NCBI GenBank assembly: GCA_021851895.1
Contig: JAJZQJ010000007.1
Location: 6,618 to 70,617 of the forward strand
DNA from: a bacterium
GTDB taxonomy: Bacteria; Patescibacteriota; Minisyncoccia; Phycocordibacterales; UBA6899
Length of the DNA stretch: 64,000 nucleotides
Direction: 5' to 3'
Part shown: in pieces, positions 9,851 through 19,840 of the stretch
Numbering within the stretch: the stretch's first letter is position 1
Layout: each line of letters starts with the position of its first letter
Position numbers and translations under genes: made by a program
The notes under the pieces: generated by a model
Database searches by the model: none
What the model saw: the letters and a program-made list of their open reading frames with translations, nothing else
Told to the model about the DNA's origin: nothing

Positions 9851-9880
9851 AAAAACAGCCCCTCTGAATGAGGCTGTTTG
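9851..9880. terminator. Hairpin terminator, probably bidirectional
   Basis: AAACAGCC-N-GGCTGTTT between the non-coding slot and the convergent gene at 9903. Confidence 0.65.
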
Positions 9881-9902
9881 ATTACGGAACACGCTCAGGA
9901 TT

Positions 9903-10247
9903 CTACATCTTGCCATAGATCATCGCGCGAGCTTTCCTCAGTTGTGCAATCACACAAGGATCAGTGATCCGCGTGAAGCGCGGAACAGATCGACCATTGA
10001 TCACGACCTCCCCCATCCACTCTGAGAGTGGGCTAAGGAGGAAAAGGCAGAGCGCATCGGATACAGGGCAATCATAGAGCGGCAAGTACACGACCATGTT
10101 CGCATCATGAGCCTCACGATCTCGCTCCGTGTGGACTCCGACACCGATAACCTCATACGCACAGTTCTGCACTTCACCACGGGGGTCATGATTCGCGTGA
10201 TAATAGAAACCTTTCTCGGGAATCGTACGCAGATCAGGGATGATCAT
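9903..10247 (-). CDS. DUF1653-like protein
   Basis: G.YYH..YEVIGVG.HTE..VVY.PLY..PL.EW..V..G..VPRF resembles DUF1653. Confidence 0.7.
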   Translation of the reverse strand: MIIPDLRTIPEKGFYYHANHDPRGEVQNCAYEVIGVGVHTERDREAHDANMVVYLPLYDCPVSDALCLFLLSPLSEWMGEVVINGRSVPRFTRITDPCVIAQLRKARAMIYGKM

Positions 10248-10274
10248 GCTGCTTCTCCTTGAATTGAAATGGTA

Positions 10275-10583
10275 TTACCGAGCCCTACGCCTCGTCTCGC
10301 TGCATCGAAGCCGCATTGCGCGCCTGGAGCCCGCCTTTTGTCTTGTAAGGTCACGCGGTGTCATCTGCCTGTCTGCAATTGAAAACGTCGCCTTGCGCTC
10401 AAAATTAATGGGCTCCATGGAGTCTTCAACAGATTCTTTCGGCATGCGGAGGATGAAGTGATCTTCTTTCTCTGCTTCGACAAAGCCCTCACCGGACAAC
10501 GCGCTCTCGATGAGCTGCCTCAGCAGCTCCGGAGGGACTCCAGATAACGCTCTCGATGCTATGAGTATGATTCTTCTGCTCAT
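10275..10583 (-). CDS. Hypothetical protein
   Basis: 102-aa ORF co-oriented between thpR and the DUF1653-like gene; no recognised motif. Confidence 0.5.
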   Translation of the reverse strand: MSRRIILIASRALSGVPPELLRQLIESALSGEGFVEAEKEDHFILRMPKESVEDSMEPINFERKATFSIADRQMTPRDLTRQKAGSRRAMRLRCSETRRRAR

Positions 10584-10613
10584 CGTCGCTCGAAATGTTC
10601 TGTGTCATTTCTA

Positions 10614-11228
10614 TCACGAATCATCATCATTGTCATCATCTCCACCAAGCGTCCATTCACCGAGCTTTTCATAGTGAAATGCGCCTTCATTTTTCGGCCC
10701 AGCAACAGTCTCATAAAGGGCGATCTTACGAACAACGAAATTATCCATAAGAGCGGTTGCTTCAAGTGGTGGCAATAATGTATCAAGCATTCCACCTCCA
10801 CGGATTCGTGCAAGTGTGATATGTGGTATAGGAAAACGGTCCCCTCCTCCCTGCTTGCGCTGTTTCCGATCAAGCTTCCTCTCCCAGGTGCCCACTCTAT
10901 GGAAACTCGATTCGAGATCGGCAACAAGGCGCTCAAACCACTGATTGCGATCATAACGAATCCACAGCATAGTTGGCTCATCGGGACGCATGATAAGCGT
11001 TCTTCCGCCGCGTAATGCAAATGGCCTTGCTCTCGAGGCGATATTTCCTATGATCGTCTTCACATCCGGTATGATCTGCTCGAAAACATCACCGAGAAAA
11101 AGTGCGGTAATATGGAGGTCATGCTTTGTAGTGCGTGACCATGATCGCACATCAAGAGAAAAAAGAAGCTCGTCAATTTCGAGCCCAACACGATCCTCTA
11201 GCGGTATTGCAATGAATAATCTTTTCAT
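10614..11228 (-). CDS. thpR: RNA 2',3'-cyclic phosphodiesterase (2H phosphoesterase)
   Basis: MKRLFIAI start and two HxT motifs (LHITALFLG, PHITLAR). Confidence 0.9.
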   Translation of the reverse strand: MKRLFIAIPLEDRVGLEIDELLFSLDVRSWSRTTKHDLHITALFLGDVFEQIIPDVKTIIGNIASRARPFALRGGRTLIMRPDEPTMLWIRYDRNQWFERLVADLESSFHRVGTWERKLDRKQRKQGGGDRFPIPHITLARIRGGGMLDTLLPPLEATALMDNFVVRKIALYETVAGPKNEGAFHYEKLGEWTLGGDDDNDDDS

Positions 11229-11245
11229 ATTTAAGGAGCAGAAAA

Positions 11246-11977
11246 TCACTTCATGAGTATGACCGTCTTCGTTGATGTACTTCGAGTACTTGTCGACATT
11301 GTGTGTTCGACAAAAAGCACTGGTGCAAATTTGCCACTGATCGCAGGTCCGAAACCCATGAGAAGTTCATAGGCCATCTTCATGCGCGCGAAAAATTCGC
11401 GTACGTACAACTTCACACGCACATAGAGATCAGCGTTCTCTGGAGCGATATACGCATCAGCGGGTATTCCATGCCATAGCGCCATCGCTATTGCACGGTC
11501 AGCATGAAAGCGTTGTGTCACATAAAGGGGGTCGATCACCCCAAAGACGTCCCGAGCGCGAAGCACAGAATCCAGTGTATCTCTCCCTGCATAGTCCTCA
11601 TGTATTGCACTCGCGGGCACTCCGCGATCGATAAGCGCCTTACGCATTGCTCGAGGCTCATTGTAGTTTACCGCGCGGTTGTCGCCTGTAACGATGATCT
11701 CGGAGACCTTTCCGGCATGGTAAAGTCCCGCAGCAGTATTCATGCGCAAAATGAAATAACTATTAGGCTCGCCACCTGAAGCAAAAGGCGATGTGCCAAA
11801 GACGACAGCAACCTTGTGTGGTGGCATCTTCGCATAATCGTAATATATCCTTCCCCGAGACACATACATCGTTACGAAGAATATGATAACTCCAGTGAGC
11901 AGAAACGTTACAAATAGCAAAAACACCCACTTTGCGGACTTTAGGTAATATGGCGATAGTTTTCGCTCTTCCTCCAT
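11246..11977 (-). CDS. SanA/YdcF (DUF218) family protein
   Basis: N-terminal TM; GDN..YNEP..M, DYAG.DTLDS..RA, TQ.FH..RA, REFFAR. Confidence 0.88.
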   Translation of the reverse strand: MEEERKLSPYYLKSAKWVFLLFVTFLLTGVIIFFVTMYVSRGRIYYDYAKMPPHKVAVVFGTSPFASGGEPNSYFILRMNTAAGLYHAGKVSEIIVTGDNRAVNYNEPRAMRKALIDRGVPASAIHEDYAGRDTLDSVLRARDVFGVIDPLYVTQRFHADRAIAMALWHGIPADAYIAPENADLYVRVKLYVREFFARMKMAYELLMGFGPAISGKFAPVLFVEHTMSTSTRSTSTKTVILMK

Positions 11978-12024
11978 AGCGGCATTATAGCGAAACTGCA
12001 GGAAAACGCACGCTAAAATACCTA

Positions 12025-13770
12025 TCAGTTGTCTACTTGGTAAATATCGAGTCCGCCTGTGCCTATAAGGCATATTTTAGGCCAAGGATCATATTCACTC
12101 TTCCAGAGATGGGTAACGAAGGAGCCATTGGCGTATCTTATGGTCGTCGTCGCATAACTCACCATACCTTCCCTTGGCCGATCAGTACATTCCGTCTTTC
12201 CAAACGGTATGGTCTTAGAGAAACGGTAATCAGGTGGTGGTGGTGGCTGCACATCTGTTTCCACTGGTTTTGTTGTTATCGCGGAGCGATGATCGCTCCT
12301 CGCAAAGAATTGTACGTAGAGATCTGTTCCTTTTACAAAAGTCTGCACAAGAAGCGGCGAGTTGAAGTCATTAATGAAACGAAAGTCATGGTCGATACCA
12401 TAGATTCCCGCATCGAGACCAGGACCATAATACCCGACAACATAGCGATGATTATGGCGTTCGGTTATGGATAGTCCCGCATCGAGCGAAGCACGAAAGA
12501 ACGTTGTAGCGACTTGGCAAAGGCCACCTCCGGCTTCCTTCCTGCTTCTTCCATCTTTAATCACATACTCTTCCCTGTAACCATTTTCCTTTTCTGCATA
12601 TCCTATTGCACGAACAAGTGAGAACATCTCGCCTGGCTCTACGATGAAACCGTGCACACGTGAAGCACCTAATGTGATGTTATGTTTGCGGTCTGCGGAC
12701 GAACCCTTAAAACTCGTCACCGCAGAACCAACAAGATCAGTAATACCTAAGTACCCCAACCCTTTGAGATCCAAACGTGGACGAGTTGTAGTGATCTTCA
12801 GTGTATAGTTTATAGTCCCGAGACTAGCCTCTGCCCCACCGCTGTCTTCGGCGATATCATTGATCCATGTGTCCATCGTCTGACGTAAGTCGGCGACATC
12901 CACATCATGGCCGTCCCTTCCCTCTTTTGTAATGACGAGCTTCCCTGACTTCGTACCAAAAATTGGCTCCGACATCGGTTCGTCGATCAGAGAGTTTGCA
13001 AACTCTTTAAGATATGCGTAAAGTCTATCCTCATCGGGAGTGAGCGAGCGACGCGAAGGATCGTAAGTGAGCATCGAGAGTATATTCATTCCAGTCTGCC
13101 GCACAGAATAGGTGCCGAAATGCAAAATATATCCTGGGCTTTTTGCTATCTTTTTTGCTAACCCGACGAGACCTTCTAGCTGGCCACGCTTCGTTGGCGC
13201 TTCTGTCGTTACAGCATGTACGGTAATCACACCAGAGTCCAATTCACGTGCAATGCTATCGACACTCTGTATGATGTCATTGAAAGCAAGGCTTTGCCCC
13301 GGTGCATCGTCCGCTATAACCACATTTCCTTGCGATAGCACAAACCGTGCGTTTGTCGGATCATGCAAAGCATCAGCAAGTGATTGCGAGAGAAATTGTG
13401 TGATCGCGTGCGCATCTATGCGCGATCGAGGCGCAACAGGAAGCCCATGTATGTCCCTGGCGATGATCTCCTCTTGGCTTAGCGGCTGGAAAAATTCAAA
13501 ACTCTCATCTGGATTCAAACCTTCTGAATACATCGGCAGACTCATGCTACGCACCGAACCATCGTTTAAGATTATATGAAGTGTTATGCCATTCGTGCGC
13601 AGATCTCGTGCTTTCACAAGATCACTTACCGCAATCCGTGCGCGCAACGATTCGCTGAGATATGTTCGACTCGCATTTGCCACACGAACAAAAACAGAGG
13701 TGAACGCTCCGATGAGAAAAAGTACCACTAAAGATCCCCAGTAAATTCTCCACATTTTCATGCTATACAT
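12025..13770 (-). CDS. VanW-family protein with N-terminal membrane anchor
   Basis: R.HNI..G, GGGLCQVATT.FRA.L.AGL.I.ER.NH, G.DA, D.RF.N. Confidence 0.9.
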   Translation of the reverse strand: MYSMKMWRIYWGSLVVLFLIGAFTSVFVRVANASRTYLSESLRARIAVSDLVKARDLRTNGITLHIILNDGSVRSMSLPMYSEGLNPDESFEFFQPLSQEEIIARDIHGLPVAPRSRIDAHAITQFLSQSLADALHDPTNARFVLSQGNVVIADDAPGQSLAFNDIIQSVDSIARELDSGVITVHAVTTEAPTKRGQLEGLVGLAKKIAKSPGYILHFGTYSVRQTGMNILSMLTYDPSRRSLTPDEDRLYAYLKEFANSLIDEPMSEPIFGTKSGKLVITKEGRDGHDVDVADLRQTMDTWINDIAEDSGGAEASLGTINYTLKITTTRPRLDLKGLGYLGITDLVGSAVTSFKGSSADRKHNITLGASRVHGFIVEPGEMFSLVRAIGYAEKENGYREEYVIKDGRSRKEAGGGLCQVATTFFRASLDAGLSITERHNHRYVVGYYGPGLDAGIYGIDHDFRFINDFNSPLLVQTFVKGTDLYVQFFARSDHRSAITTKPVETDVQPPPPPDYRFSKTIPFGKTECTDRPREGMVSYATTTIRYANGSFVTHLWKSEYDPWPKICLIGTGGLDIYQVDN

Positions 13771-13791
13771 AGTATAGCAAACAAAAACACC

Positions 13792-14556
13792 TTACGGTGT
13801 TTTCATATTTTCGCGCACCCAGGCAAAAAATGAAGCAGTACTGCGCAATTCTGGCTTATCATCAGGGATAAATACTGTAAAATGCTCCTTTGTCACGTCT
13901 CCTATTCTTCGATAACCAACGATGCGATCGAATGATGGCGCCTCGGTTATATGCTCTATTGCTACGCCTCCAGATTTCTTGCTCGCATGAAATACAGTGC
14001 CATCGCCAAGGTATATACCGACATGATCAACTCCTTCGGGAACTGGAGTCCCCTTTTTCCACTCTACGGTCTCGTAGTATATTCTTCCCTCTCCAGAGTT
14101 CGTAAAGATGAGATCACCAAATCGCAAGTCCTCCTTCTTGACAGGGCCTCCGAACACAAACTTATCGACAGAAATCGATGGCATCCACTCCATTCCAGCG
14201 AGTATAAACACATAGCTTACTAGTGAGGAGCAGGAAAACGATGCGGGCGCATCCGTCCTCATGATCGAAGGATTGTTATAACCGGCCCCTAGAAGCTGTG
14301 GGATGAGATCCTTCATAATAGCATCGGGGCGAGCATAGGTGAACTCAAAACCATGATGAGACAAGAATGCAGAAAAATCATCAAAAGAGACGCTTTTTCC
14401 TAGCGCCTCATCAAGCTGTTCCAGTGTAAAACCTATACGATATCTCCACATGATATTTATAACTTCAATACTAGCAAAAAGCGTCGGCTCAGTATATTGA
14501 CGCCACTTGTTTAGTATCGTAAAAACACCCGTAGGGGTGTTTTTATATCGATCCAC
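13792..14556 (-). CDS. NlpC/P60 family cysteine peptidase
   Basis: FSCSSLVSYVF, GDLIF, HVGIYLG.G..HAS. Confidence 0.88.
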   Translation of the reverse strand: MDRYKNTPTGVFTILNKWRQYTEPTLFASIEVINIMWRYRIGFTLEQLDEALGKSVSFDDFSAFLSHHGFEFTYARPDAIMKDLIPQLLGAGYNNPSIMRTDAPASFSCSSLVSYVFILAGMEWMPSISVDKFVFGGPVKKEDLRFGDLIFTNSGEGRIYYETVEWKKGTPVPEGVDHVGIYLGDGTVFHASKKSGGVAIEHITEAPSFDRIVGYRRIGDVTKEHFTVFIPDDKPELRSTASFFAWVRENMKTP

Positions 14557-15460
14557 GAGTAACGATCACATTCATGAGCGCGAGCCCGATGGTCATACCG
14601 AGTATCATCAATCCATTTGCGATGATGATCGGATGTTGAATACGGATTTTTATGAAGAAAGCAAGTAATAATGCTACACCAGCGATCAATGCGATAGCAA
14701 ACTCAATGACAAGCGCAATCGAACGCGGCTGAGAGAGTAGTCTTTCGAAGAAAGTCGCCTGCGATGCATCTTGCCTTACGCTCTCTGCACCGAGCACCTT
14801 CGTTTCGAATTGCTTCGCGACATTACTTGCTACGCGAGTCGCAGCGCCACCAAGGGCAGCAGTCACGTCATTTCCGGTCACCGCAATCGGTGCCACAGCA
14901 AGCGGTGTTCCGAAATGCTGAACGACGAATATGGCATTCTTCCCTTTATACTTTCCTATTGCAGTAGCAACACCGATCTCTGTGTATTTATTACTCAACA
15001 GATTCTCTCTATGTGTCGGAGAATGCATCCACGCGTCAGTGATATCACGAGATTCAACGAAATTCACTGCAAGATTCTCACCAGCAAAACGATAATCATA
15101 GCCAACCTGATTGAACCAATACCATGGGTCTTTGCCATCGGGGCTGTCATGGGCGAAATACCCTTTAGCAGCCATATCATTTGCCTTAAGCTGTGCAGAC
15201 CTCATGAGAAGTTCATTTTCATGGAGTATACTTAAAGAAGCATGTGCACGCTCCTCGTTCGTCTCGGAGATGAGCACGGGAACGAGTACGGCTGCAACTT
15301 GCTTGCTCGTCGGCAGAATAACGAAGCTATAGAGCAGAAAGAATGCCTGTGAAGCAAGAAGGAGGAAGAGCATGACCTGCGCCCCCTCAGTTCGGAGAAG
15401 ATGCGGGCGGTGATCATTGTGCTCATGCGGAATGAAGTGTTGCTTGAACCAAGTCAGCAT
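14543..15460 (-). CDS. CAP (SCP) domain membrane protein
   Basis: N.ER..L..SAQ.KA.DM..YF.H.SP, AGENLA, WM.SP.HR.N. Confidence 0.9.
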   Translation of the reverse strand: MLTWFKQHFIPHEHNDHRPHLLRTEGAQVMLFLLLASQAFFLLYSFVILPTSKQVAAVLVPVLISETNEERAHASLSILHENELLMRSAQLKANDMAAKGYFAHDSPDGKDPWYWFNQVGYDYRFAGENLAVNFVESRDITDAWMHSPTHRENLLSNKYTEIGVATAIGKYKGKNAIFVVQHFGTPLAVAPIAVTGNDVTAALGGAATRVASNVAKQFETKVLGAESVRQDASQATFFERLLSQPRSIALVIEFAIALIAGVALLLAFFIKIRIQHPIIIANGLMILGMTIGLALMNVIVTRGSI

Positions 15461-15591
15461 AGTGGATATATTACAACATATTAAGATGACTTTTGCAATA
15501 GTCTAATCCACATGTTCACTTTGATGGTATATAATTTTATAGTATAATGAAATATAGCATAATCTATGCTACTAACTATAATCATGATTCT

Positions 15592-15858
15592 ATGACAATC
15601 AATGATACAATCCTTCGCGTTGTCGCAAGAAAGTTCGTTCTCCCCGTCATGATCGCAATTGGCGATCGTACTATGGGATATATCGAGATTCAACGAGCGA
15701 CAAATGCGAAACCTGTTCCGCTCGCACGAGCACTTAAATCACTTGTACAGAACGATCTCGCAAAGAGAGAAGAGATCGCTGGTGGCCGCGTGAACTACAC
15801 ACTCACTGCACGAGGCCGCAAGGCACTTAAGTTCGCACAAGAGATCGTAAAGATCTAA
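15592..15858 (+). CDS. Winged-helix regulator (HxlR-like)
   Basis: L.R.LK.L..L..R..V.Y.LT.RG. Confidence 0.8.
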   Translation: MTINDTILRVVARKFVLPVMIAIGDRTMGYIEIQRATNAKPVPLARALKSLVQNDLAKREEIAGGRVNYTLTARGRKALKFAQEIVKI

Positions 15859-16033
15859 CTGTTTTCAGTATTAGTTACGTAGCACACCAAGTAAAAATCG
15901 ACCAAAGTCTTCTTGGGTCGGTTTTTACTTCTCACGAACTAACATCAAGATTTCGATATATATTTACCCTGTGACGCAACAGCCGCAGTCGATGCACGAA
16001 GTGCCCTACTCACGCCGATAGGCGGACTCAGGA

Positions 16034-16089
16034 ATATGTAAGAAATATAAAAAACCAACTCTTGTTGGTTTTTTATATTTCTTACATAT
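16034..16089 (-). terminator. Perfect 26-bp inverted repeat overlapping the mraY stop
   Basis: ATATGTAAGAAATATAAAAAACCAAC-TCTT-GTTGGTTTTTTATATTTCTTACATAT. Confidence 0.8.
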
Positions 16090-17152
16090 GAACGCCAGAC
16101 AGCTGTATTATAACTCCGACGACTGCGAGCATCATACTAACCACCCAATAACGCATCGTCACTTTATATGGTGGCCACCCCTTCGCCTGGAAGTGGTTAT
16201 GGAGCGGTGCAACAATGAAGACCTTCTTCCCTCCCCTAAGCTTCTTTGAGAGGATCTGGATCAAGCTTGAAGCTGAGGTAACGATAAGCGGAAGTGCGAT
16301 GATAAGTGTCGCGATCTCTGCGCGCTCAAGAAAAGCGATGACAACAAGGGCCGTAGTGAGCCCCATGGTCCCTGTCTCTGAATTGAAGAAACGTGCAGGA
16401 GGTATGTTGAACCACAAGAATGCGAGGATACCACCAACAACAACAGCGGAGAACGTAGCGAGGTCAACCTGATGCTGTGTGAATGCGATGATTCCTAGCG
16501 CTGCATATATCGCAGCGAATACACCACCCGAGAGACCATCAACACCATCGATGATGCCTCCCGAATACATACCAATTACGTAGAGAATGAAGAATGGTAT
16601 GAAGAGTACACCAAGATTGAGTACACCATAGAAAGGCACATGCAATGCATCACCAGTCTGCAGATTTCCATAGAACCACCATGCACCTATCGCACCAAGA
16701 AGGGCAACGAAGGCAAGGCGCACCTTAAGCGACAATCCCCCTCCTGCATAGCTACCCTGTGTACCATGGCAGACGAGATAATCATCGACAAGACCACATA
16801 GTGCACCCGCAACGAGTGTGAATAGCGGTAACCAGACTTGATTTCGAGAAAGGAAGGTCAACTTCGCAAAGACACTCTCTGGGGCTGCGACTGCGAGCGT
16901 CGCAAAGAGCAGCGTCGTGATCAACGTAGAACCCCAAATGACAATGCCTCCCATGCGTGGAGTCTTTCGCTCCTCGTCTCCGTGCAGCTTCGCGGTAATC
17001 GTCGCAGCACCGCCTCCTGTCGCATTCTGCACGCTCTGCTTCTTCCACATCTTATATTTATAGAGGAAGTGAGTAAGAATAGGTGTTCCAAGAATACCTA
17101 TCGTGAACGAGACTGTTGTCGGCAGTAATACCTTCAAGACATCTATTGGCAT
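16082..17152 (-). CDS. mraY: Phospho-MurNAc-pentapeptide transferase
   Basis: KTPRMGG, G.VDD, DGVDGL, FLWFN.PPA, APLH.HF..GW. Confidence 0.95.
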   Translation of the reverse strand: MPIDVLKVLLPTTVSFTIGILGTPILTHFLYKYKMWKKQSVQNATGGGAATITAKLHGDEERKTPRMGGIVIWGSTLITTLLFATLAVAAPESVFAKLTFLSRNQVWLPLFTLVAGALCGLVDDYLVCHGTQGSYAGGGLSLKVRLAFVALLGAIGAWWFYGNLQTGDALHVPFYGVLNLGVLFIPFFILYVIGMYSGGIIDGVDGLSGGVFAAIYAALGIIAFTQHQVDLATFSAVVVGGILAFLWFNIPPARFFNSETGTMGLTTALVVIAFLERAEIATLIIALPLIVTSASSLIQILSKKLRGGKKVFIVAPLHNHFQAKGWPPYKVTMRYWVVSMMLAVVGVIIQLSGVHM

Positions 17153-17170
17153 ATGATATTTATGATTCGA

Positions 17171-18130
17171 TCAATTGATCATGGCGCTTTTTGTCGCCGC
17201 GAGTAATGTCTCCACGTCGGTGAAACGTTGTTCTCGAGTGGAGCCGAGAGCGACGATGACTACGGGTTGCTGGATTCCCATATCTACAATGACCGCGAGA
17301 TTACCTCCTGCCATATCCGTAAAACCAGTTTTACCACCAACGATACCGGGCATTGCAGCTGCAAGCTCATTCGTATTCACGACATGGTGCACGATATGCT
17401 GCCTCGAGGATACTGTAATATCAGGAAGCGCAGTGTACTGCAGAAGATTACTATGATGCCTAAGGACATACTCGAAGAGATGCGCAACATCACGAGCACT
17501 CCCTAAACCTCCTGAAGTCTCGCCGTTATCAAGTCCTGATGGCGAGGTGAAAACGAATGAATTGAAACCGAGCTGCTTCGCCTTTGCATTCATCGCAGAG
17601 ACAAATGTACTTCGTTCGTCTTGCACAACGTGATCGGATTTTTTATCGATCGCCGCGCCAACTGATGCCGCGATCGCGCTTGCGCCATGATTCGATGACT
17701 CAACCAATGTAAGCTCGAGAAGATCTTTGAGTGACCATCGCTCATCGCGTCGCAAATCAGTACTTCCTTCTACCTCGAGGTCTTCCTTGCGTATGGTTAT
17801 CTCATCATCAGGAGATGCAGTCTCGAGCGCAACGACCGCCGTCATCATTTTAGTGATCGAAGCAAGCGTCTCTGGGGTTTCAGCATTCTTCGCATAAAGT
17901 ACACGTTGATTTGCTATGTCCCAAACGAAAGCGCTCTTAGCGGTAAGCGATACATGAGCGAAAGGATCAGGGTGAGAAGGAGTTGTTGTTGAGAGCGCTG
18001 TCTGCTGTGACGTATTCTTGTGCACGTCCTCCCCTGCATTCTTTTGATCAGCAAAAATCTTCGGCCCAATGAGAAAGCCGACGATCATGAATATGATGAT
18101 CAATTTAATATCATTCCTCAACATGTTCAT
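17171..18130 (-). CDS. D-alanyl-D-alanine carboxypeptidase (peptidase S11)
   Basis: SxxK (ASITK), SxN (SSN) and KTG motifs; start uncertain. Confidence 0.92.
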   Translation of the reverse strand: MNMLRNDIKLIIIFMIVGFLIGPKIFADQKNAGEDVHKNTSQQTALSTTTPSHPDPFAHVSLTAKSAFVWDIANQRVLYAKNAETPETLASITKMMTAVVALETASPDDEITIRKEDLEVEGSTDLRRDERWSLKDLLELTLVESSNHGASAIAASVGAAIDKKSDHVVQDERSTFVSAMNAKAKQLGFNSFVFTSPSGLDNGETSGGLGSARDVAHLFEYVLRHHSNLLQYTALPDITVSSRQHIVHHVVNTNELAAAMPGIVGGKTGFTDMAGGNLAVIVDMGIQQPVVIVALGSTREQRFTDVETLLAATKSAMIN

Positions 18131-18989
18131 CTTCTGCATTATGCACGGCGATGCCGGTATCGTCAAAGGCCGGAGACATAAGATTTTCCTCGGCTATATC
18201 CGCCTCAAAATCGGTCGATGTTGACTCATTTTCTCGCGATGGAGCACCATTTGGCTCATGAGCCGAATCAAGGCACTCTTCCTTGGTCAAAATCCCATCC
18301 CCGTTGGTATCACAAAGCTCCGCCTGCGAATCAGCACTGTCATCAAGTGGCTCAAGAGGCATATCATGCAATGACATATCTTCTTTATTCTCGCCATCGT
18401 CTTTCACTTGCTCTTCTTCGCCCTCTTCGTTAAATCGAGATTCTGCAAAGGCAGCAAGCTGTGACTGTATTTCCTCATACTGCGGAAGCTCCTCTTTTTT
18501 CGTAACGCCCATATACTCAAGTGCTGCAAATGTGGGTCCATAAAGTGACGCGCGAGCATCCCTTGGGTTTTCTAATCTCTCAATGATTCCACGAACGAGG
18601 AGATTTCTGATGATGAAGGTAGAGTTCACTCCGCGAATATAATCAATATCAGCACGAGTCAACGGACCCTTATAACAGATGATCGCGAGTGTCTCCACCG
18701 AGGCCTTCGACAACTCCTTAGAGATCTCTTCTTTTGTGATCGCCTCAATGAGCGCACTTGCCTGTGGAGCGGTACCCAGTGCCACCTCTGCATCATTCTC
18801 CATAACTCGAATACCGCCATTTTGTTGCTCAAGTCGCTGCCTCAACGCATGCACAGCCTCTCTCACCGTAGGTGCGTCTGACTTTGTAAGTGTTGCGAGC
18901 TTACGAAAAGACATCGGCTCTGCCGTGTAAAAGAGTATTGCTTCGATCGCTGCGTCGAGCGAGAGCTGTGTTTGTGCTGAATTATCCAT
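18111..18989 (-). CDS. scpB: SMC-Scp complex subunit ScpB with long acidic tail
   Basis: IEAILF, LSKAS.ETLAII.Y..P.TRA.I..IRGVNS. Confidence 0.95.
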   Translation of the reverse strand: MDNSAQTQLSLDAAIEAILFYTAEPMSFRKLATLTKSDAPTVREAVHALRQRLEQQNGGIRVMENDAEVALGTAPQASALIEAITKEEISKELSKASVETLAIICYKGPLTRADIDYIRGVNSTFIIRNLLVRGIIERLENPRDARASLYGPTFAALEYMGVTKKEELPQYEEIQSQLAAFAESRFNEEGEEEQVKDDGENKEDMSLHDMPLEPLDDSADSQAELCDTNGDGILTKEECLDSAHEPNGAPSRENESTSTDFEADIAEENLMSPAFDDTGIAVHNAEDEHVEE

Positions 18990-19752
18990 AACTTGGTGTT
19001 GCGAGCTCAAGTGGCTCGATATCTATTTCTCCCCAATCATCACTTTGCGCGACCGTGATCGTTCCCTGCTTCACAAGTTCAAGCATTGCGAGGAATGACA
19101 CGATCACTTCAACCCTCTCTTCTCTTGCGATCGGTTTTCCACGTTCATACTTAGCGAACTTACTGAACCCCATCTTTAAGGCACCCGTGACGCGCTCTGC
19201 AAGACGCGTCATCATCTCCTCTATAGAGACAACCTTCCGAATCGTCGCCTTTGGGAGTGCAACCTTCTTTGGTAGAGCTTCAAGTACGCGAATCGCCCCC
19301 TCGTGTATTGCCATCGGTTGCATTTGCGGATCAGGAGCAAAGAACTGAGGTGGAGCCGTACGGGCGCTCTTCTCGAAAAGAATACGTTTACCATATTCGA
19401 GCTTCACCACTTCACCAAGCGAGCGGAAGAGCTCATGCAATGCAAGTCTACGCTTGAGGTCGGTGATATCCTGCTCCTCCTCACTCGTGAGATCAAGCTC
19501 GGGAAGTATTGATTTCGATTTTATAAGGACGAGTGTTGAAGCCACTAAAAGAAAGTTCGCGACATCGTTCATCGGATATGATTCAAGCGCACGCACGTGC
19601 GCGATGTAATCATCGGCAACTTTCGACAATGAAAAATCATTGATGAAGAGTTTGCGCTTCTCGATAAGCGAAAGCAGCAGATCGAGTGGTCCCTCGAAAT
19701 GTTCGGTCTGTATGTGAAAATCGACCTTGGCCTCGCCTAGTGTAACCTCCAT
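18982..19752 (-). CDS. scpA: Segregation/condensation protein ScpA
   Basis: FEGPLDLLL.LI, FL.VA.TL..IKS..LP, FLA.LEL.K. Confidence 0.95.
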   Translation of the reverse strand: MEVTLGEAKVDFHIQTEHFEGPLDLLLSLIEKRKLFINDFSLSKVADDYIAHVRALESYPMNDVANFLLVASTLVLIKSKSILPELDLTSEEEQDITDLKRRLALHELFRSLGEVVKLEYGKRILFEKSARTAPPQFFAPDPQMQPMAIHEGAIRVLEALPKKVALPKATIRKVVSIEEMMTRLAERVTGALKMGFSKFAKYERGKPIAREERVEVIVSFLAMLELVKQGTITVAQSDDWGEIDIEPLELATPSYG

Positions 19753-19840
19753 ATTTATACAGTATAGCACAAAAAACGGCGTATTTCCTCATATTTTTCC
19801 ACATTACCCGTCCAAAAAACCTCCTAAGGGAGGTTTTAAG

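Noticed and set aside
9265-9852. Stop-codon reassignment (code 25) to rescue the slot ORF
   Set aside because: Internal stops are TAA, TAG and TGA alike, and normal genes here (ftsW, radical SAM) end in TGA.
11246-13770. Vancomycin-resistance locus (VanW, SanA, nearby D,D-carboxypeptidase)
   Set aside because: No vanH/A/X or vanRS; these families are common cell-envelope genes.
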